The notes below the pieces were generated by a model. The model ran no database searches. It saw only the letters and a list, made by a program, of their open reading frames with translations, and was not told where the DNA came from. Below are positions 1 to 9,496 of a stretch of 64,000 nt of DNA, in pieces. The translations under genes and the position numbers were made by a program. The stretch comes from a bacterium. GTDB lineage: Bacteria; JAAXHH01. Location of the stretch: NCBI GenBank assembly GCA_963665755.1, contig OY762445.1:2214590-2278589 (forward strand), given 5' to 3'. How positions within the stretch are numbered: position 1 is the stretch's first letter; every line of letters begins with the position of its first letter.

Positions 1-527
1 CGCGAACTTGCGGCCGTCCGGACTGATCTGGACGCAGTAGACGAACCCTTCCTCCGCGCCCGTGATCTCCCGCGGGTCGGAACCATCAACGTCCATCGTC
101 CAGATACGCTGTTTCCCGTCGACGATGGGGTTCATCACCAGACGATCCTCGCCCGGCAGGATATGGGTGCAGCCCATGAACGGCGCGGGCCGGTTCCTGA
201 GGGCGATCTCCTCCAGCAGGCGGTCTTCTTCCAGTTCGTATATCCAGAGATGGACCCGCACGTTGCCTTCCCAGGCCTTGCCGGGTTCATAGCTGGACAC
301 GATAATCCTGCGCTGGTCGTCGAACTGGGGCCCCCAACTCCAACTGGCCATTACCGGGACATCCAGGCTGGGATACCAAACCCGCGTGCCGGTCGTGGGC
401 GCGGCGCCTACCACACCGGCCGTACCCACAGCGCCTACCACACCGGCCGTGCCCGCGGCGTCATCCAAGTCGATCACGCCCAGCCGTCCGTGGCTGTTGA
501 AAAGCATCCGGCGACGCGTGTCGTTCA
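1..527 (-). CDS. TolB-like beta-propeller protein (WD40-like Beta Propeller), partial. Its C-terminus runs off the window start.
   Basis: The reverse-complement translation starts at the ATG complementary to 525-527 (MNDTRRRMLFNSHGRLG...). It continues through ...FVYCVQISPDGRKFA, which is the typical 'SPDG(K/R)xxAF' beta-propeller repeat of TolB/oligogalacturonate-lyase-like proteins. The minus-strand ORF track shows no stop because the ORF leaves the window. A short in-frame tandem duplication (GTAGVVGA x2) lies at 386-470. Confidence 0.5.
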
Positions 528-635
528 TTGGGAACTCTTCCTTAGAATCAAAATCTGTCCAAGTACCGCGCCTGTTATGCATTGAACATTCGAGCGGAAA
601 CAGGCGCGGATGCTCCGCCGTTCATGACTCAGGCG

Positions 636-1772
636 CTAAGGCGTCGTCCATTGGATCCCGGCGTGGAGACCGACGTCGGGGGTGTTCTGGTACTGGCTGA
701 GGTTCTCGGTCAGGCCCAAGTCGAGCGACAGGGACTCCGACAGCGCGTACCGTACGCCGGCGGTCGCCTCGATGGCCGTGCGGTTCAAGGGACCGAGCTT
801 GCTGCTCGGAAAGGGACCGATGTTGACCAGCGTCTGGACCAGCGCGGCCAGCCGGCCCGTGGTCCGGTATTCGAAAGCCAGCAAGAGCGTCGAGATGGAA
901 CGCAGGGGGAATCCCTCGCCCAGGGTAGGCTTCCCCAGCCTGCTATGGGCCAGGTTGGCATGAAAGATCATGTCCTGCTCCGGCCGCCAGGTCGCGAACA
1001 ACGACGCCTGGATATCCAACCCCCCGCTGCCGGTCAACGTCTCCAGGTTGCCCGTGGGCAGCTTCACGGCGCCGGCAAGGGACAGGGTGAATTCCCCGCC
1101 GTCACGGTTTAACGGCGTCTTCATCCGCAACACGAGGTCACCCGGCCGGAAATCGGCGGACTCCACGCTCCTTATCCAGAAACAGCGGTCCCGTACGACG
1201 AATACGCCATAATCGTTCCTGGGCGTCCACTCCCTGCCCCCGTTGGACAGGTTGAACATGCGGTGGAAACCCTCCACCGCGCCGTCCAGAAAGCCGCCGC
1301 CGTGCTTGAGGAACGGCATGGTCGCGCCAATCTGGACTCGCGAAGCGATCCGCCAGTCCAGGTCCACCGACACGCGCAGGGTTTCCGAATCGACGAACAG
1401 CCTGTATTCGTTTGCAGGTGCGGCCCGGTAATAGTCATCGGCGATCAGGGTATCGCCCACGGGAAGGGTGCTTGCGTAGGTATTGGCGTAGTCGAACCGA
1501 ACGGCCCAACGGACCGACCGCCGCGGCAGCAGGTCTCCTGCATCGGGACGGAGTCCGAGGAACAACATTCTTACCGGGAACTGGTCCCGCTGCATGAAGG
1601 GACCGGTGGCAGGGGACTGGGAGAATACGGGAAAGGCGATGGTCAACAGGCTGCAGGCAACCGCCCGGCGCAGCAAGCGAGCCGCGCTTGGAAAGCAAGC
1701 TGCCCTTGGAAAGCGAGCCGCGCTCGGAAAGCGCTTTTCAACCCGGATACGGTGTAATGTGTATCCCGTCAT
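636..1772 (-). CDS. hypothetical secreted or outer-membrane protein (signal-peptide-like N-terminus). The true start is probably internal (GTG/TTG).
   Basis: A 378-aa ORF with a hydrophobic leader (LLRRAVACSLLTIAFPVFSQSPA) followed by a long region without cysteines and with alternating polar and hydrophobic runs, typical of beta-barrel or periplasmic proteins. No catalytic motif was recognised. Confidence 0.4.
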   Translation of the reverse strand: MTGYTLHRIRVEKRFPSAARFPRAACFPSAARLLRRAVACSLLTIAFPVFSQSPATGPFMQRDQFPVRMLFLGLRPDAGDLLPRRSVRWAVRFDYANTYASTLPVGDTLIADDYYRAAPANEYRLFVDSETLRVSVDLDWRIASRVQIGATMPFLKHGGGFLDGAVEGFHRMFNLSNGGREWTPRNDYGVFVVRDRCFWIRSVESADFRPGDLVLRMKTPLNRDGGEFTLSLAGAVKLPTGNLETLTGSGGLDIQASLFATWRPEQDMIFHANLAHSRLGKPTLGEGFPLRSISTLLLAFEYRTTGRLAALVQTLVNIGPFPSSKLGPLNRTAIEATAGVRYALSESLSLDLGLTENLSQYQNTPDVGLHAGIQWTTP

Positions 1773-1805
1773 TCCACGCTCCAGTCCAAGTCACGCCCCG
1801 GGATC

Positions 1806-3617
1806 TCAACCCAGGTAGGCCAGCGTCTGGCCCGCGATCACCTGGACGCCCGGGTTGATGGAGACATGGGTCACGGTACCTGCGACGTCGGCGGTGACCT
1901 GCATTTCCATTTTCATGGCTTCCAGGACCACGATAACGTCCCCTTCCTCAACGGTCTGCCCGGGAGCGACCGCAACCTTGAGCACTTTGCCGGGGATCGG
2001 CGCGATGACCGGCGTGGTCCCGGCCCGCTCCGCCGCTTCCGACGCGGCCTCGGAGGTATCGGGTTGCAGGTCGACTTCATAGGCCTTGCCGTTCACGATC
2101 GCCGTTTTGCCCTCGATGCGCAGCGCGTAACTTCTGCCGTTGACGGTCACCTGGTATCCACGGGGACCGTCCGTTCCGGGTTGCGCGACCTCCTGCGGTT
2201 CCTCCTGGTCCTGCGCGGCCTTCTTGCGGACGCCAATGAACCCCTCGCCTTTCAGGAAGGCCACCCCCCGGTCACCGCACGCCGCGACGATGAAGATGTT
2301 CTCCTCCGTATCCTCGATCCCGGCTTCCTTCAGCACGCTTCGCGCCGCTTCGACACCCTTCTTCGGATCGTTGTCGTTCAGTTCCAGCACAGGCCGCCGG
2401 TTGGGCGGCAGGCCGAGCTGCTCCGAGGCGATGTTCACGACCACCGGGTCCGGGGGCACGGGCGTCTTGCCGAAATAGCCCAGTACCATGCGTCCGTAGT
2501 CTTCGGCGATCTTCTTCCAGGGACCCATCATCACGTTGTTGAAAGCCTGCTGGAAGTAGAACTGGGAAACCGGGGTGACCGACGTGCCGTACCCGCCCTT
2601 CTCCACGACTTCGCTCATGGCCTTGATGATGGCGGGATAACGGTCCATGATGCCATTGTCCCGGAGCATCTGCGTGTTGGCGGTCAGGGCGCCGCCCGGC
2701 ATGGGGCTCCAGGGGAGCAGGGGTTCGACGGCCACGGCCTCGGGGGGCAGGAAATAGTCTTCCATGCACTCCTTCAGGACCTCCGCCGCTTCCCGCACGC
2801 CGTCCGGATCGATGTCCAGGTCGTAGTTCGTGCCGCGCAGCGCGTGCCACATGACGAGGATGTCCGGCTGTGAGGTGCCGCCCGAAACCGGTGCGAAAGC
2901 GAGGTCGATGGCATCGGCGCCGGCTTCGAGCGCCGCCTGGTACGCCGCGACGGCGATGCCGGACGTGTCGTGGGTATGATAATGGATCCAGGTCCCCTCG
3001 GGCAGCAGCTTCCGGGCGGCCTTCACGGATTCGTAGGCCTTGGAAGGCACGGCCGTGCCCGAAGCGTCCTTGAAACACACCGAGTCGAAGGGAATGCCGG
3101 CGTCGAGAATCTTCCTGAAGGTCTCCGTGTAGAACGCCGCGTCGTGAGCGCCCGAACATCCCGGCGGGAGTTCCATGACGGTGACGCACACCTGGTGCTT
3201 GAGGCCGGCCTCCGTGATGCACCGTCCGCTGTGCACGAGGTTCTCCACGTCGTTCAGGGCGTCGAAGTTCCGGATGGTCGTCATGCCGTGTTTTTTGAAC
3301 AGTTCGGCGTGCAGCCGGATGATGTCGCTGGGCTGCGAATCCAGTCCGACCACGTTCACACCCCGGGACAGGGTCTGCAGGTTGGCATCGGGACCCACGG
3401 CCTCCCGGATGGCGTCCATCCGTTCGAATGCGTCTTCGTTGCAATAGAAATAGGGCGACTGGAACAGGGCGCCGCCGCCGGCTTCGAAGTAATCGATCCC
3501 CGCGTTACGCGCCGCTTCCACGGCGGGCATGAAGTCCCTGGTAAATACGCGCGCGCCGTAAACGGACTGGAATCCGTCCCGGAACGTGGTGCACATGAAA
3601 TTGACTTTCTTTTTCAC
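1806..3617 (-). CDS. oadA: oxaloacetate decarboxylase alpha subunit (carboxyltransferase 5S domain plus C-terminal biotinyl domain)
   Basis: A 603-aa ORF. The N-terminal HMGL-like/pyruvate carboxyltransferase signature (TTFRDGFQS, HxHxH 'HYHTHDTSG') is present. The C-terminal biotin carboxyl-carrier domain carries the EAMKM biotinylation motif. It lies directly downstream of the beta and gamma subunit genes. Confidence 0.9.
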   Translation of the reverse strand: MKKKVNFMCTTFRDGFQSVYGARVFTRDFMPAVEAARNAGIDYFEAGGGALFQSPYFYCNEDAFERMDAIREAVGPDANLQTLSRGVNVVGLDSQPSDIIRLHAELFKKHGMTTIRNFDALNDVENLVHSGRCITEAGLKHQVCVTVMELPPGCSGAHDAAFYTETFRKILDAGIPFDSVCFKDASGTAVPSKAYESVKAARKLLPEGTWIHYHTHDTSGIAVAAYQAALEAGADAIDLAFAPVSGGTSQPDILVMWHALRGTNYDLDIDPDGVREAAEVLKECMEDYFLPPEAVAVEPLLPWSPMPGGALTANTQMLRDNGIMDRYPAIIKAMSEVVEKGGYGTSVTPVSQFYFQQAFNNVMMGPWKKIAEDYGRMVLGYFGKTPVPPDPVVVNIASEQLGLPPNRRPVLELNDNDPKKGVEAARSVLKEAGIEDTEENIFIVAACGDRGVAFLKGEGFIGVRKKAAQDQEEPQEVAQPGTDGPRGYQVTVNGRSYALRIEGKTAIVNGKAYEVDLQPDTSEAASEAAERAGTTPVIAPIPGKVLKVAVAPGQTVEEGDVIVVLEAMKMEMQVTADVAGTVTHVSINPGVQVIAGQTLAYLG

Positions 3618-3763
3618 TTTAGTTCCTTACGGTTTGGGGGAATTGATGCTTTCTCAGATCCTGAGCCACCTCTATCTACATAATATCTACATTGTGTCTA
3701 CGTGCCCATGATACCGGTTTTTGTTGCTTCGACGTGCCCATGATACCGGTTTTTGTGCCGCGC

Positions 3764-4894
3764 TTACACGCCTATCAGCACCGACCATAGAATGCCTGCG
3801 GCGATCGCAGAGCCGAGAACGCCCGCCACGTTGGGCGCCATGGCGTGAAACAACAGGAAATTCCGCGGGTCTTCGCGGTGCGCTTCCACCTGGGCCACCC
3901 TTGCCGCCATGGGCACGGCGGAAACGCCCGCGGCGCCGATCAGCGGGTTGATCTTGTCTTTGACAAACAGGTTCATGAACTTGGCGAAGAGCACGCCGCC
4001 GCTCGTCGCGATGCAGAAGGAGACCACGCCCAAGGCGAAAATGAAGAGCGATTCCAACGAGAGAAAGGCCTCCGCCTGCGTGCTCGCGCCGACCGAGAAG
4101 CCCAGCAGGATGGTGACGATGTCGATCATCGACGTGCGGGCCGTGTTGGCCAGCCGTTCCGTCACGCCGCATTCCTTGAGCAGGTTGCCGAAGAAGAGCA
4201 TGCCCACCAGGACCACCGAGTCCGGCGCGATCATCGCGGCGATGATAAAGGCGACGATGGGGAAGATGATCTTCTCCCGCTGCGAGACCGTCCGGGGCGA
4301 CGCCATGCGGATGAGCCGTTCCTGCCGCGTGGTAAAAAGCCGCATGATGGGCGGCTGGATGATGGGAACCAGGGCCATGTAGGAATACGATGCGATGGCG
4401 ATCATGGACAGCAGATGGGGCGCCAGTTTCGAAGACAGGAAAATGGCCGTGGGACCATCCGCTCCGCCAATGATCGCGATGGCGCCCGATTCAGCCGGAG
4501 TGAAACCGATGGCCATGGCGCCCAGCAGGGTCAGGAAAATGCCGATCTGGGCGGCGGCGCCCAGGAGGACGAGCCGCGGGTTGGACAACATGGCCGAGAA
4601 ATCGGTCATGGCCCCGATGCCCAGGAAGATCAGGGGCGGAAAGATGCCTTCCCTGACGCCGAAATAGATGTAGTAAAGTACGCTTCCTTCGTCGTATACC
4701 CCGTGGCCGTCCCCTTCCATCATCGGGATGTTGCCCAGCATGATTCCGAAACCGATGGGCACCAGGAGCAGCGGTTCGTACCGGCGGACGATCGCGAGCA
4801 CGATCATGACCATGCCGATCAGGATCATCACGCCGTGTCCCCACGTCGCCGAGGCCAGGCCGGAAGCCGACAGAAAGTCATACAGTATCGTCAT
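3764..4894 (-). CDS. oadB: oxaloacetate decarboxylase beta subunit (Na+-translocating)
   Basis: A 376-aa polytopic membrane protein whose sequence matches the OadB/MmdB/GcdB Na+-pump family throughout (GFGIMLGN, AIIGGADGPT, LLFHAMAPNVAGVLGSA). It sits immediately upstream of oadA. Confidence 0.88.
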   Translation of the reverse strand: MTILYDFLSASGLASATWGHGVMILIGMVMIVLAIVRRYEPLLLVPIGFGIMLGNIPMMEGDGHGVYDEGSVLYYIYFGVREGIFPPLIFLGIGAMTDFSAMLSNPRLVLLGAAAQIGIFLTLLGAMAIGFTPAESGAIAIIGGADGPTAIFLSSKLAPHLLSMIAIASYSYMALVPIIQPPIMRLFTTRQERLIRMASPRTVSQREKIIFPIVAFIIAAMIAPDSVVLVGMLFFGNLLKECGVTERLANTARTSMIDIVTILLGFSVGASTQAEAFLSLESLFIFALGVVSFCIATSGGVLFAKFMNLFVKDKINPLIGAAGVSAVPMAARVAQVEAHREDPRNFLLFHAMAPNVAGVLGSAIAAGILWSVLIGV

Positions 4895-4916
4895 TTAATC
4901 CGCCCGCATGGCCTGA

Positions 4917-5180
4917 TTACCGGTTATTGTTTTTTTCGTCGAGCGCGAATCCGACCGCCGCGGCCACGGCTTCGTCGTCATGCGGGGATTCCGAATCGGT
5001 GGGGTTGTGCGGCCCTTCAGGGAGAACACCCCCGATTGAGGCCATGACTTTCGGCAGCATGGCAATGCAGAAGCTGATCGTGGCGAGGGCCAGGAACACG
5101 ATGAACATGCCGGTGAAGGCGATTTCGAGGCCCTGGCCGTCCACGATGCGTTGCCAGCCGATATACAGGGGAGTGGACAT
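4917..5180 (-). CDS. oadG: oxaloacetate decarboxylase gamma subunit (OadG family). Start chosen at the internal Met.
   Basis: A small protein with a single N-terminal TM helix (GLEIAFTGMFIVFLALATISFCIAML) and a Pro/Asp/Ala-rich tail, matching the OadG architecture. It is positioned before oadB. An upstream in-frame Met at 5258 would add 26 residues that instead look like promoter DNA (TTGATC ... TAATAT). Confidence 0.65.
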   Translation of the reverse strand: MSTPLYIGWQRIVDGQGLEIAFTGMFIVFLALATISFCIAMLPKVMASIGGVLPEGPHNPTDSESPHDDEAVAAAVGFALDEKNNNR

Positions 5181-5338
5181 TAGCCCTTTGACAGAATCCG
5201 TGGTGACATTAGATATTATCGATTGGATCAAATAAAGGGCGGAACGCGCTCCGGGCAAGGGATTTATGGGGTGACTGCCGCCGCGTTAAAAGGTGGTTTC
5301 CCGTAGCCCCTTCAAAGTCAGACACCCAGGAATCCGGT

Positions 5339-6646
5339 ATGAGCACCGACACCAGGAACGTCACGTACGCACTGGCCCCGGACCGAGTATGGGACGGCGT
5401 TTCGGACGAGACGCGGGACGGGGTGGCCGTCGTGGTGAAAGACCGCCACATCGACGCGGTCCTGCCGGTTGCGGAAGTCCCTGCCGACATGGAGACCGCA
5501 ATCCTGCCGGACTGCACGCTCCTGCCCGGCCTGATGGACGCCCACGTCCACTACAGTTCCGTCATGGGGCCGGCGTTCCTGGCTGCGGGGGTAACCACGA
5601 TCCGCGACGTGGGCAACGACCTGGCGTGGATCCTGGGCGAGCGCGAACGCCACGCCAAGGACCTTTCGGCCGGTCCCGCCATCCTGTGCTGCGGCCATCT
5701 GCTCGACGGACCGCGGGTCTACTGGCCCCAGATGGGCCGTGCCCACGCAAAACCCGGGGAGATCGCCGACTCGGTCCGCCGGCACGCGGAAGCCGGGGTG
5801 GACCAGATCAAGCTGTACGCCGGCGTGGAACCGCAATGGCTGAAGGCTGCTGTTGACGCCGCCCATGAATCGGGTAAATTCGTGGTGGCTCATCTGCAGA
5901 CGACTACCGCGGAGGATGCCGTACGGCTCGGGCTGGATGAATTCGAGCACTTGGCCGGCTGCGGCGTAGCCTGGCGCGCGGCCTCCGAAATGGAAGACGA
6001 TCTCATGATCGATCTGCTCCTGGAGCGTGACGTGATCATCGACCCTACCCTGGTGGTCTGGGATCGGCTCGGCCGCATCCTGGACCGGCCGTTCCACCAC
6101 GACGCCCGGAAGTCCTGGGTCCACCCCCGCCACCTGGATATATGGCAACGGTACCTCAGCCGTTTCGGACCGCCGGAGCAACGGTGGAGATACCAGGGCG
6201 CCATGACGCATCTGAAGCGGTTCCTGCGCAGGGCGCATCAACGGGGCGTGACCGTCGCGCTGGGCACAGATACGCCCTTTCCCCATCTCGTCCCGGGGAT
6301 GAGCGTGCACGACGAACTTGCCATGTACACGGACGCCGGCATCCCGGCCGTGGACGCACTCCGCTCGGCCACTGCCATAAACGCCCGGGTGCTGGGCATA
6401 GACGAACGGACGGGTACGATCCGGCCGGGCCTGCGGGCCGATCTCGTCGCGGTACGGGGGAATCCCCTCGAACGGATCGAAGATATCGAAAACGTACACT
6501 GCACCGTGCGAGAAGGACGGCGTTTCGAACCCTCCGGACTGATGGAGGTCCATAGGTCGACCTTCGACAGGGAACCCGACGGCGCGGTCACGCGGGATCT
6601 ACTGGATTACGTCGACGGCAAACTGTTGAATCGGCCGGCCTCATGA
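5339..6646 (+). CDS. amidohydrolase-family metal-dependent hydrolase
   Basis: A 435-aa ORF with the amidohydrolase metal-binding signature near the N-terminus (LLPGLMDAHVHY) and a C-terminal 'GTD...D' region (VALGTDTP, RADLVAV) typical of the TIM-barrel amidohydrolase superfamily. Confidence 0.75.
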   Translation: MSTDTRNVTYALAPDRVWDGVSDETRDGVAVVVKDRHIDAVLPVAEVPADMETAILPDCTLLPGLMDAHVHYSSVMGPAFLAAGVTTIRDVGNDLAWILGERERHAKDLSAGPAILCCGHLLDGPRVYWPQMGRAHAKPGEIADSVRRHAEAGVDQIKLYAGVEPQWLKAAVDAAHESGKFVVAHLQTTTAEDAVRLGLDEFEHLAGCGVAWRAASEMEDDLMIDLLLERDVIIDPTLVVWDRLGRILDRPFHHDARKSWVHPRHLDIWQRYLSRFGPPEQRWRYQGAMTHLKRFLRRAHQRGVTVALGTDTPFPHLVPGMSVHDELAMYTDAGIPAVDALRSATAINARVLGIDERTGTIRPGLRADLVAVRGNPLERIEDIENVHCTVREGRRFEPSGLMEVHRSTFDREPDGAVTRDLLDYVDGKLLNRPAS

Positions 6647-6846
6647 AACGCATAGTCAAGGATCTCCTTTTTTGCCTGATGATATCCGCCTTCACGGCGG
6701 CTATCCCCGCGGCAGGCGCAAGTACGCTGCTTGCGATGACCGGGATCATCGAGGACGACAGTGCGCTGATCTGGATTTTCGTGGTCCTCGCGGTACCTGT
6801 TTTCGTTTTTACCTACATGCGCGTTGCAAGGAATTCGCGCGGCTGA
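6643..6846 (+). CDS. small two-helix membrane protein, translationally coupled to the amidohydrolase gene (ATGA overlap)
   Basis: A 67-aa ORF with two hydrophobic segments. Its start overlaps the amidohydrolase stop by 4 nt. No homology could be assigned by eye. Confidence 0.35.
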   Translation: MKRIVKDLLFCLMISAFTAAIPAAGASTLLAMTGIIEDDSALIWIFVVLAVPVFVFTYMRVARNSRG

Positions 6847-7090
6847 GCGCGATTGAGCGCGACTAAGCTAACCCGGAACGGACACCGCACGGCCCGGCGC
6901 GACTGAGCAAACTGGATCGAACCCCGCGCAGCTGAGCGCGATTGAGCAAGCTGGAAACGGATCCAGCGCGGCCGGACGAGGCAGAACAAGAAGGCAACGG
7001 ACACCGTACGACCGGACGCTTCTGATCGCGGCCGGACGCGACGGTGGCGATTGAAACGGATCAGCCCTCAACCCCAGGGAGGACGGCAAC

Positions 7091-7630
7091 ATGACTCAAA
7101 AAACGCAAGCGGCGACGCTGGGCGGAGGTTGCTTCTGGTGTCTCGAAGCGATCTATCAGCAGGTCAAGGGCGTCACGGGCGTGGTGTCCGGCTATGCCGG
7201 GGGAAGCGTTGACAACCCGGATTACAAGTCCGTTTGCACCGGTGCTACGGGTCATGCCGAGGTCGTTCGGATCACCTTCGATCCGGCCGCTATCAACTAC
7301 GCGGATCTCCTGTATATCTTCTGGCGCATTCATGACCCGACCACACGCGACCGCCAGGGCGGGGACGTCGGTACGCAATACCGTTCGATCATCCTGTACC
7401 ACGACGATGAGCAGAAACGCACGGCCGAATATTCGAAGACGGAGGCCGACGCGTCGGACCTGTGGAGCGCGGCGATCGTCACCGAGATCGAACCGCTCAC
7501 GGCGTTCTACGAAGCCGAAGCGTACCACCACGACTATTATCGCAACAATCCACGGCAACCCTACTGTTTCATGGTCATCGACCCGAAAGTGGACAAGTTC
7601 AAAAAGTCCTTCCAGCACATGATTTCTTGA
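7091..7630 (+). CDS. msrA: peptide methionine sulfoxide reductase MsrA
   Basis: The GCFWC active-site motif is near the N-terminus (ATLGGGCFWCLEA). The length of 179 aa and overall similarity to MsrA also fit. Confidence 0.92.
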   Translation: MTQKTQAATLGGGCFWCLEAIYQQVKGVTGVVSGYAGGSVDNPDYKSVCTGATGHAEVVRITFDPAAINYADLLYIFWRIHDPTTRDRQGGDVGTQYRSIILYHDDEQKRTAEYSKTEADASDLWSAAIVTEIEPLTAFYEAEAYHHDYYRNNPRQPYCFMVIDPKVDKFKKSFQHMIS

Positions 7631-7758
7631 TCGCAGCAGTGCGATTCGCAGAACCGTGGTACGCGGAGGAGTGATCCGCCGTCCGCGATCTACTGTCTTG
7701 AGATCCGCGGAAGTGTGACGCGCAGTCGCGCGGTCCGCAGTTGAAGGAGTACCGATCC

Positions 7759-9228
7759 TTGCGTGTGGGCATCCTCTCGCTGATCCACGAATCCAATACT
7801 TTCAGCAATACGCCGACGACCCTGGACCTGTTCCGGCGGGACGGGATTCTCATGGGCGAAGCCGTCGCCGACCATTTCAGGGGCGGATTCCACGAGATCA
7901 GCGGATTCCTGGAGGGCCTGGACGACGCGCGTATCGACGCAGTACCGCTCTTCTACGCATCCACGCCCCCTTCCGGCCGGATTACGCGGGACACCTGCCA
8001 CGCGCTGATCGAGATGATGTTCGAGCAACTCGCGGGCGCGGGGCCGCTCGACGGGCTGCTCGTCGCTCCCCACGGCGCCAATGCCGGCGAGGGAGCGGAC
8101 TACCACGACCTGGACGGCTACTGGCTTACGCGGCTGCGCAGGGAAATCGGACCGAACCTTCCGGTCATCTGCACCATCGATCCCCACGCCAATCTCTCAA
8201 GCCGCATGATTTCGGCTTGCAACGCCACCATCGCCTACCGCACCAACCCGCACCTGGACCAGAAGCAGCGGGGTCTGGAGGCTGCGTCGCTCATGGCCCG
8301 GACCCTCTCGGGTGAATTGCGTCCCGTGCAGGCGGCATCCTTCGCGGCCGTGGCCATCGGCATCGAGCGCCAGGACACGTCCTCGCCGCCCTGCCTGCCC
8401 CTCTACGAACAGGCAGATGCGTGGCTGAGGGAGGAGAGCGTCCTTTCCAACAGCATCGTCCTCGGGTTTCCCTATGCGGACGTGCCGGAAATGGGCTCGG
8501 CTATTATCGCCGTGACCGACGGCGATGCCGGCCTGGCCCAACACATCGCCGACGACCTCGCCGGATACCTGGTCGCGCACCGCGACGAATTCGTCGGCGA
8601 GTTCGTTTCCATCTCCGATGCGGTCGATGCCGCGCTGGGCAACGAGGGACCCGTGTGCCTCCTCGACATGGGCGACAACGTAGGCGGCGGCTCGGCCGCG
8701 GACGGCACGCTCATCGCACATGAATTGCTGGGCCGCGGCGACGTGCGGACCTTCCTCTGCCTGTACGACCCCGGGTCCGTCGAACAGGCCGTATCCGCGG
8801 GCGTCGGAGAACGGATTACACTGGAAATGGGGGGCAAGACGGACGACCGGCACGGTCCGCCCATCCGGGCCGAGGTGCGGGTGCATGGCATCCACGAGGG
8901 ACGCTTCACCGAATCCGCCGTGCGCCACGGCGGCAGGACGGCGTTCGACATGGGACGGACGGCGGTCGTGCGCACGGACAGCGGGCTGACGGTCAGCCTG
9001 ACGACGCTGCGGACGGTCCCGGTGAGCCTCGGCATGATGACCAGCATCGGCCTGGACCCGGCTGATTTCCAGGTGCTCATTGCCAAAGGCGTACACGCGC
9101 CCACGGCGGCCTACGCCCCGGTGAGCAAGCGCCAGATCCGGGTGGACACGCCCGGCGCCACGACGGCGGACATGCGGCGGTTCGAGTACCGGTACCGGCG
9201 GCGGCCGCTCTATCCTTTCGAAGACTGA
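7759..9228 (+). CDS. MlrC-family (peptidase M81 / microcystinase C-like) protein
   Basis: The N-terminal DUF1485 signature (RVGILSLIHESNTFS) and MlrC C-terminal domain are present. A perfect AAGGAG Shine-Dalgarno at 7744-7749 places the start at TTG 7759 rather than at the TTG 7741 shown by the ORF track. Confidence 0.75.
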   Translation: MRVGILSLIHESNTFSNTPTTLDLFRRDGILMGEAVADHFRGGFHEISGFLEGLDDARIDAVPLFYASTPPSGRITRDTCHALIEMMFEQLAGAGPLDGLLVAPHGANAGEGADYHDLDGYWLTRLRREIGPNLPVICTIDPHANLSSRMISACNATIAYRTNPHLDQKQRGLEAASLMARTLSGELRPVQAASFAAVAIGIERQDTSSPPCLPLYEQADAWLREESVLSNSIVLGFPYADVPEMGSAIIAVTDGDAGLAQHIADDLAGYLVAHRDEFVGEFVSISDAVDAALGNEGPVCLLDMGDNVGGGSAADGTLIAHELLGRGDVRTFLCLYDPGSVEQAVSAGVGERITLEMGGKTDDRHGPPIRAEVRVHGIHEGRFTESAVRHGGRTAFDMGRTAVVRTDSGLTVSLTTLRTVPVSLGMMTSIGLDPADFQVLIAKGVHAPTAAYAPVSKRQIRVDTPGATTADMRRFEYRYRRRPLYPFED

Positions 9229-9496
9229 ACAGGCAGCGAACGGAAGACTGAACAGGCAAGGCACTGGCGTACGCTCGGGCCGGATCCACCAGGTTCTCGC
9301 ATGATCGCTCGCTTAACCGGCTTTCGCACGGATGCTCGAAGAGTCCGTATGCCTTGACAGTAAACCTCCCGGTGATTATGGTTTTCCGGAATGCGCAGTA
9401 ACCCTGAAGCTCAGGTGGCTGCCTATCCTGATTTCGGCAATCGAATACGTGCAGGGACGAACAAGAGACATTCAGCGACGTACAAGGAGAGACCGG

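Noticed and set aside
386-470. 24-nt tandem duplication (GTAGVVGA x2) near the N-terminus of the TolB-like protein
   Set aside because: An in-frame short duplication within a linker after the start codon. It is of no functional consequence that I can argue for. It is noted as a feature comment only.
1866-2873. Long plus-strand ORF (335 aa) and sibling ORFs 2272..3444(-), 2970..3683(+) overlapping oadA
   Set aside because: Arg/Gly/His-rich low-complexity translations, typical of alternative frames in high-GC DNA. The minus-strand frame gives a full-length, motif-bearing oxaloacetate decarboxylase alpha subunit.
3845-5047. 400-aa plus-strand ORF across oadB/oadG
   Set aside because: A composition-driven shadow ORF (RDHRGDD-type low complexity). 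The opposite strand encodes a canonical OadB.
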